Virus record (IMG/VR): IMGVR_UViG_3300025534_000008
Span: 3,310 to 67,309 of that record
DNA length: 64,000 bases
Reading direction: 5' to 3' (one strand)
Origin: a virus
Shown: positions 57,589 to 64,000 of the stretch, piece after piece
Numbering within the stretch: position 1 is the first letter of the stretch
Layout: each line of letters opens with the position of its first letter
Made by a program: the position numbers and the translations under genes
The notes under the pieces: model-generated
What the model was told of the DNA's origin: nothing
The model's input: the letters and a program-made list of their open reading frames with translations, nothing else
The model's database searches: none

Positions 57589-60500
57589 GTGAATAAAATG
57601 CCTGATAAAATTTCCGTATTAATTCAAAGTATATTAAAAGCTCCAAGTGATGCTGAAATTAGTAAACTAAAAAAAGAATTAGAGACAAAATTAAATAATG
57701 TTAAAATAAATACAAATAGTAAAGGAATAAAAATATTAGATCAAAAAGAAATAGATTTATATGTTCAAAAAATGCAAAATGCAATTTCTAGGTTGCAAAT
57801 AGGAAAAGATAAAGTATTTAAAAATACAGGTGTACAAGAAGAACTTTATAAAATAAATGAAATGCTTGCAAACCTTAAAAATGGTGCTTCTATATCTACT
57901 AAGGAAATCGGAGTTCAATTTGATAATCTTAAAACAAAAGTAGCACAAGTATCAAATGAATTTAAAAATGTTAATAAAGATGGTTATGATTTTATAACCA
58001 TGACTACATTAGCAGCAAAGAAGGTTCTTATTTGGACATTAAGTACTCAAGCTGTTTTTGGTACTATTAGAGCATTTAAAGAGATGACAGAAATTCTAAT
58101 GACTATTGAAAAGCAAATGACATCAATAGCTCGTGTAATGGAAGACGTAACATTTTCAATGAATACTTTTAGAGATTCATTAATTGATGTTGCTAATCAA
58201 ACAGGTAGTGCTTTTAATGAAGCTGCTGATGTTGCTTTAAGGTTTGCACAGGCTGGATATAATGTTAAAGAAACACTAGAATTAACTAAAACTGCTCTTG
58301 CTGCTATACAAACAGCAGAACTAGATGCTAAAAACGCAACTGAAAGCTTAATAGGTATTATGTCACAATGGAATATGCAAGCAAGTGACATGTCTTTATT
58401 GTTAGATAAAATTAATAAGATATCAGATGAATATACTTTAACATCGCAAGATTTAGTTGATGGTCTTCTTAGAAGCTCTAGTGCTGCTAAAAATTTGGGT
58501 ATAACATTAGATGAAACAATAAGCCTTTTAACTGTTCTTAGAGAAACATCTGGTCGTACTGGTCAAGAAGTTGGTAATGCACTTAATTCTATTTTGTCTT
58601 ACATGACAAGAAGTAAAACCCTTGATATACTGGAACAATCTGGAATACAAGTTTATGCAGATGAAGCTAGAACACAATTTAGAAATTTTATGGAAGTATT
58701 CAGAGATATCGGAAAACGATTTGATAAATTAAGTGCTGATATTCAGGATGGATTTATTCAGTCAGCAGAAGAAGCAGGTTTATTTAATGAAGAATTAGCA
58801 GAGACATTAGGTCTTGAAAAAGAATGGTCGGATATTCAAAAACGTGATATTTCTAATGCTGCTGCTGGAACTTATAGAAGAAATTATTTCCTTGGTTTAA
58901 TGAATAGTATTTCAAAAACTACAGATGTGTTGTTAGATTTACAAGAAGCTGAAGGATATACAGCTAATGAAATGCAGAAGCATATGGATACTTTATATGC
59001 AAAAACAACAATACTAGATAATGCTTGGAAACAGTTAGCGACTACTATTGGAGATAAGGGTGGATTGGACTTTTTAAAAGGACTTACTGAATTTGCTATA
59101 GATGCTGTTACAGCAATAGATAAGTTAGTTGATACTGTTGGAGGATTACAAACTGTATTAATTGCTATTACAGGAGTATTAATTGCATTAAAGGGCCAGG
59201 CAATTGCAGGAACTATAATTTCATTACAAACCTTTGTTTCTAATATATTGGCTGCTACTACTAATTTAAGTGGCTTTGTTAGTATAGCAAGTTTAGCAAC
59301 AAAAGCAATAAGTGCACTTAATGTTGCAATGCTTAGTAATCCAGTTGGAGCAATAGCACTTGGATTTACAGCAGCAGCGATTGCATTGTCTACATATACA
59401 TCTCATTTAGAAAAAGTCCAGCAAGCTGAAGAAGAACATAAAAGAGAAGTAGAACAAACAGTACAAAAAATTGATGAAGAAATACAAAAGTTAACTGAAA
59501 AAGAAAAGGCTTTAAGTGAGTTAAGTAAAGTATACAATGGATTATCTTCTAAAGTAAATTTATCAGATGAAGAACATAAAACCTTATTAGAAACTCAAAA
59601 TAAAATAGCTAGTATTTCTGAAGATTTAATAGCTTATTACGATGCTGAAGGAAACGCACATATCAAAAATAAAGAAGCTATAAATGAAGAAATTAAAAAA
59701 CTTAAAGAATTACAAGCACTAAAAGAACAAGAAAAACGTGATTATTATATAGATCAGTTAAAGGAAGAACAACAACACATACAAGATGTGTTGCAAACTA
59801 TTGATGATTGGAAAACTAGTTTAGAAGAGATTCAAAAGAAAAAGCCTGATAAAGAAGGAAAGATTTTCATTGGATATGAATTTCATGATCAAGAAAAATT
59901 AATAAAGGAAACAAGAGAAGGTATAGTTAAATGGCAAACTGAACTTGAAAATAGCAAACAAAAGGTTCAAGAATTAGTTGATAAAATAAAAGCAGGAATT
60001 CCAGAGTTTGCTAAATTGTCTGGAATTACAGAAAAAATAGTTGATAATTTAGCCAAAGATATTACTAGTAATTTTACTAATGGTATTATTGGTGCAGAAG
60101 AATATATTAAGTCATATACTGAATTAGTAAAATTAATAGAAGAAAATAATCTTGAACAGCATTATAAAGATTGGAATGAATTAACTGAAAGTTATCAGCA
60201 AGGCAAAGTAGCTACAGAAGAAGTAACTGAAGCCTACAAAAAATTATATGACATATTAATTAAAATTGGCATATCAAAAGCAAACATTCAAACATTCTTA
60301 CAAATGCCAGCATCTGTTAAACACATTATTGATGTATCTTCTGTATTAGATAAATTAATTGATTCAGTATCTACATATAATGATATTCTTTCTAAAGTAC
60401 AATCTGGACAAGAAATATATATAGAAGATATTATAAAATGGAAAGAAACTTTTCCTGATATCATAAAATATATATCTGTTGAAAATGGACAAATTAAAGT

Positions 60501-63159
60501 TCAAGAAGAAGCAATTAAAGCATTACAGAAAGCAAAACAGGATGAAGCAATAGCACACTTGCAAGCTGAAAAAAATAAACTTGAAGCAACTAAGACACAA
60601 ACATTAAATAGATTACAATTTTATAAAATAGAAGCAAGTGTATTACAACAATCGGCTGAAGAAATGGAACGTTCAATGATTGCTTCATATATGGCAACTG
60701 CTAAAAGATTGGGAGTTGACTTTAATAATCCAGATTTGAAAGCTCAATTTTTACAAGACAAAAAAGCATTGATGGATTACAAAAAAGTCGTTGACGAAAT
60801 TGATAAAGCTATTGCTTTAATTAATACTGGTAAATTTGAAAGCTCCAGTAAAAGTTCTACAAAAGACTCTTTTTCTGAAACATTTGATTTACGTTTGCAA
60901 AAAATTGTTAATATAAATAATGCAATAGACAAATTAAAGGATAAACTTGAAGATATTACTAATATTGAACAAAAACCAGCCATATATGACCAATTGATTG
61001 AACAGTATAAACTTAAAGAAAAAATATTAAAAGAAGTTCGTGATTCATATCAAAAAGAACTAGATTCTATTAAGTTTGCTGGTAAAGAAAAAATTTTAGC
61101 TGGTGATTTATCAAATATTAATACTACAGATAAAGATGTAGCTGCAACAATTAAAAGAATTCAAGAGATTGGTTCTACTCTATCTGATTTAGATAAGCAG
61201 TTATATAGTATTGATAATGATATTAATTCTTTAGTTAGCGATAAAATGTCTGTTTCATTTAAAATATTTGATAAATCATTAGAGCCATTTCAAAATAGAC
61301 TAGAAGAATTAGATTATCAGTTGAAGTTATTAGATGATAATGATTTAGATGGTCAGGCTAAAATTTTACAAGAACAGATAAAAATAACTACAGATGTAGT
61401 ATCAAAATATGAATCCGAATTATCTGATTTAATCTCTACTACTTCCGAAGCAGATAAGCAAACTGAATGGTATAAAAATAGAGTTGATGAATTAACTCAA
61501 AAGTATAAAGATGGAAATTTAGAATTAAAAAAATATAATGAGAGTCTTCAATTAATTTCATTTAAAATCCAAATTAATCCAATTACTGAAGCTATAGATG
61601 ATATTGAGTATGAAATTGACCGTTATAATGAAATTTTAAAGCAATCATCTGAAGAAAAACAAATTGAAATACTTGTTAAAGTAAATAAATTACTTGAACA
61701 GGAAAAGAATAAGTTACATGAATTAAATGAAGCTAGACGTAAGCAACTATCCCTACTCTCCCCTATTTCAGAAGAATATAAAAAATTACAAGAAGAAATT
61801 GAAGATACCTCATTAGCATGGTGGAGATTAGATAATCAACAAAATGAAAATATCAAAACCATGGGAGAGTTGTTAAAAAAGCAACAGGAATTAATAAAAC
61901 AAGAAAGTGCTGATAAATTAAATATTATTAAAGATGTTGAAGATAAAATAATACAGATTATAAAAAAAAGATATGAAGAAGAAGCTAAATTAGCAGAAAA
62001 AGCACATCAGGATAAATTAAAACAATATGATGAACGTCTTGATAAATTTAGAAAAGTTATAAATGATGAAATAGCTTTATTGGAAGATCAATTTAACGAA
62101 GAAGATTATCAAAGGCAATTGGCAGAAGAACAGAATAAATTACAGGAAATTCAATCAGAAATAAATAAATTATCTTTAGATGATTCGCTTGAAACTAGGA
62201 ATAAAATTGTTGAACTTACTAAAGAAAAAGCAGAACAAGAAAAAAGAATTGAAGAATTAAAACGTAATCATAGTCGTGAAGCTCAAAAGAAAAACCTTCA
62301 AGACCAATTAAAGGATTTTGAAGAATATATTAATGATAAAAAAGCAAAAGAAAATGAAGATTATGAGAATTTTAAGATTGGGTTAGAACAGCGTTCTTCA
62401 GACATGAATATATATCTTGAAGCTCAAAAAGCTTTACTTGAAGGCGTTATGTATGATGTAAATGGGCAATTAGTAAGTTTAACTGATGCTTATATTTCTT
62501 TTGAAAATACTTTTGGCGAAGGTATGTCTATTTTAGGTGATAAAATAAAAAATGAATTTATTGCTAAAATACTTGAAGCACAATCGGCAGTACAAAATTT
62601 AGAAAGCATAATGGGCAATTACATGAATTATGGTGGTTCAGTAAAAAATAGTTCATCTAATCCACTTGGTATGTCTGATGAAGATTTTCAAACATATTTA
62701 GAAAATAAGCGTTTAGCAGAACAATCCAGCTCTCCTGTTGTAAAACAGGCTTTAAGAAATAAAAATCAACAATTGCGTGATAAATATGGTATTGAAGAAG
62801 ATTTGTTTGATTATAATACTTTATTACAAATGACAAAAGGATATAGTGAAGGTGGATTAGTTGATTATACTGGATTGGCTATGGTTCATGGTACACCTTC
62901 AGAACCAGAAGGATTTTTAAAGCATGATGACTTGAGTAATTTATTAAAGGTATTAGATTTTACTGATAAAATAATACATAGAATTGAGATGCCTAAAATA
63001 CCTAATATTGTTAATGATGGTTTTTCATTTAAAATTGATAATTTAATTGCTATAAATGGTAATGTAACTAAAGAGACTGTTCCTTTAATACAAAATGAAG
63101 GAAATAAAATAATCGAGCGGTTAAAAAATGAATTTATTAAGCGTGGTATATATAGGTAG
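57589..63159 (+). CDS. Tape measure protein (TP901-type core)
   Basis: 1856 aa; FAQAGY, LLRSSSAA, GQEVGNALNSI core, TM-like middle, long coiled coil, GGLVDYTG.AMVHG end. Confidence 0.93.
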   Translation: MNKMPDKISVLIQSILKAPSDAEISKLKKELETKLNNVKINTNSKGIKILDQKEIDLYVQKMQNAISRLQIGKDKVFKNTGVQEELYKINEMLANLKNGASISTKEIGVQFDNLKTKVAQVSNEFKNVNKDGYDFITMTTLAAKKVLIWTLSTQAVFGTIRAFKEMTEILMTIEKQMTSIARVMEDVTFSMNTFRDSLIDVANQTGSAFNEAADVALRFAQAGYNVKETLELTKTALAAIQTAELDAKNATESLIGIMSQWNMQASDMSLLLDKINKISDEYTLTSQDLVDGLLRSSSAAKNLGITLDETISLLTVLRETSGRTGQEVGNALNSILSYMTRSKTLDILEQSGIQVYADEARTQFRNFMEVFRDIGKRFDKLSADIQDGFIQSAEEAGLFNEELAETLGLEKEWSDIQKRDISNAAAGTYRRNYFLGLMNSISKTTDVLLDLQEAEGYTANEMQKHMDTLYAKTTILDNAWKQLATTIGDKGGLDFLKGLTEFAIDAVTAIDKLVDTVGGLQTVLIAITGVLIALKGQAIAGTIISLQTFVSNILAATTNLSGFVSIASLATKAISALNVAMLSNPVGAIALGFTAAAIALSTYTSHLEKVQQAEEEHKREVEQTVQKIDEEIQKLTEKEKALSELSKVYNGLSSKVNLSDEEHKTLLETQNKIASISEDLIAYYDAEGNAHIKNKEAINEEIKKLKELQALKEQEKRDYYIDQLKEEQQHIQDVLQTIDDWKTSLEEIQKKKPDKEGKIFIGYEFHDQEKLIKETREGIVKWQTELENSKQKVQELVDKIKAGIPEFAKLSGITEKIVDNLAKDITSNFTNGIIGAEEYIKSYTELVKLIEENNLEQHYKDWNELTESYQQGKVATEEVTEAYKKLYDILIKIGISKANIQTFLQMPASVKHIIDVSSVLDKLIDSVSTYNDILSKVQSGQEIYIEDIIKWKETFPDIIKYISVENGQIKVQEEAIKALQKAKQDEAIAHLQAEKNKLEATKTQTLNRLQFYKIEASVLQQSAEEMERSMIASYMATAKRLGVDFNNPDLKAQFLQDKKALMDYKKVVDEIDKAIALINTGKFESSSKSSTKDSFSETFDLRLQKIVNINNAIDKLKDKLEDITNIEQKPAIYDQLIEQYKLKEKILKEVRDSYQKELDSIKFAGKEKILAGDLSNINTTDKDVAATIKRIQEIGSTLSDLDKQLYSIDNDINSLVSDKMSVSFKIFDKSLEPFQNRLEELDYQLKLLDDNDLDGQAKILQEQIKITTDVVSKYESELSDLISTTSEADKQTEWYKNRVDELTQKYKDGNLELKKYNESLQLISFKIQINPITEAIDDIEYEIDRYNEILKQSSEEKQIEILVKVNKLLEQEKNKLHELNEARRKQLSLLSPISEEYKKLQEEIEDTSLAWWRLDNQQNENIKTMGELLKKQQELIKQESADKLNIIKDVEDKIIQIIKKRYEEEAKLAEKAHQDKLKQYDERLDKFRKVINDEIALLEDQFNEEDYQRQLAEEQNKLQEIQSEINKLSLDDSLETRNKIVELTKEKAEQEKRIEELKRNHSREAQKKNLQDQLKDFEEYINDKKAKENEDYENFKIGLEQRSSDMNIYLEAQKALLEGVMYDVNGQLVSLTDAYISFENTFGEGMSILGDKIKNEFIAKILEAQSAVQNLESIMGNYMNYGGSVKNSSSNPLGMSDEDFQTYLENKRLAEQSSSPVVKQALRNKNQQLRDKYGIEEDLFDYNTLLQMTKGYSEGGLVDYTGLAMVHGTPSEPEGFLKHDDLSNLLKVLDFTDKIIHRIEMPKIPNIVNDGFSFKIDNLIAINGNVTKETVPLIQNEGNKIIERLKNEFIKRGIYR

Positions 63160-63192
63160 GGAATATTATATTCCTCTACCTATATTATTTTT

Positions 63193-63969
63193 TTGAAAGG
63201 GGTGGAATTGTTGTTTGGAAATGTTAATTTTTCGTTTGATTATATAGATGGAAGTACATATGGGTTATTTTTAGGATATATAGAAAATAAATCAGAAAGT
63301 CATTTTGGAGTAAGACAATCAATTATTGAAGAACAAGTTCCACGTAAACCTCTTCCCTATCTGTATGAAGTTAAACAAGAGCCGTTTGAGTTTGAAACTT
63401 TATTATTCCGAGAAAGTGAATGGGATTTGGATACAAGATTAACAATTTGTAGATGGTTGTTTCAAAAACAATATAAAGATTTTGTTTCATATGATAATCC
63501 TGATATTGTTTACAAAGTTATATGTATAGATAGTCCTTCAAAAATTCTAGGTAATGAAAGCGGATATATAAGATTAAAATGGAGAAGTAATGCACCTTGG
63601 GCATATACTAAAGTTTATTTAGATGAATTTGATTTATCATTAAATACAACTAGTAATATATCTCTTGAAAATAAAAGTAATATTCAAAATATTTATAAAC
63701 CTGAAATAGAAGTAGAAATTGTAGATGGTACAAGTTTTAGTATTAAAAATTTAACTTATAAAGGAGAAGCAGTCACATTTGAAAATTTAAATGTAAATGA
63801 AACGATTTATATTAATGGAGAGAATAAAAGAGTAATTTCTTCTACTGGATTGTATCGTTATAATAATTGGAATAAAAAAACTTTAAATCTTATATATGGG
63901 AAAAATAATATAGAAGTTACAGGAAAAATAAAATTGTTAGTTCGTAGTCAATATCCTATTGCTTTATAA
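63193..63969 (+). CDS. Distal tail (Dit)-like protein
   Basis: Follows the tape measure; APWAY and LNLIYGKNNIEV motifs. Confidence 0.75.
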   Translation: MKGVELLFGNVNFSFDYIDGSTYGLFLGYIENKSESHFGVRQSIIEEQVPRKPLPYLYEVKQEPFEFETLLFRESEWDLDTRLTICRWLFQKQYKDFVSYDNPDIVYKVICIDSPSKILGNESGYIRLKWRSNAPWAYTKVYLDEFDLSLNTTSNISLENKSNIQNIYKPEIEVEIVDGTSFSIKNLTYKGEAVTFENLNVNETIYINGENKRVISSTGLYRYNNWNKKTLNLIYGKNNIEVTGKIKLLVRSQYPIAL

Positions 63970-64000
63970 TGGGAGGTGATTTTTTTGCTAGGTGATATTA

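Overview
AT-rich segment of a large SPbeta-like siphophage or prophage of a Firmicute, probably clostridial (host is inference). Two divergent arms meet at a non-coding gap (about 25.8-26.7 kb) that carries four co-oriented DnaA boxes, a candidate replication origin. The leftward arm (minus strand) holds many small early genes behind strong sigmaA promoters, a DUF262 protein and a thermonuclease. It then carries a lysogeny-control block: an AgrC-sensor-like membrane protein with no kinase domain, an unannotated AgrD-type peptide, an HTH-MazF fusion, AgrB, a LexA-boxed small gene, a YopQ-like DGQHR protein, an MrpR/YopR-like repressor and an XRE regulator. It ends with an SLT gene, tRNA-Leu(UAA) and a TnpB gene preceded by a repeat-spacer-repeat unit. 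The rightward arm encodes a tyrosine recombinase, a P-loop protein, a YonO-like single-subunit RNA polymerase, PIN-PhoH, Hsp20, a metallophosphoesterase, terminase, portal, protease/scaffold, capsid and tail genes, a second recombinase, an accessory island, the tape measure and a Dit. Two intact IscB/omegaRNA elements are present, and both ends of each can be located. Best candidate for a new system: an Agr-type cyclic-peptide cassette with a phage-encoded HTH-MazF fusion, sitting upstream of the SPbeta-type repressor genes where SPbeta has arbitrium. All family calls are by eye from motifs and synteny; no database search was run.
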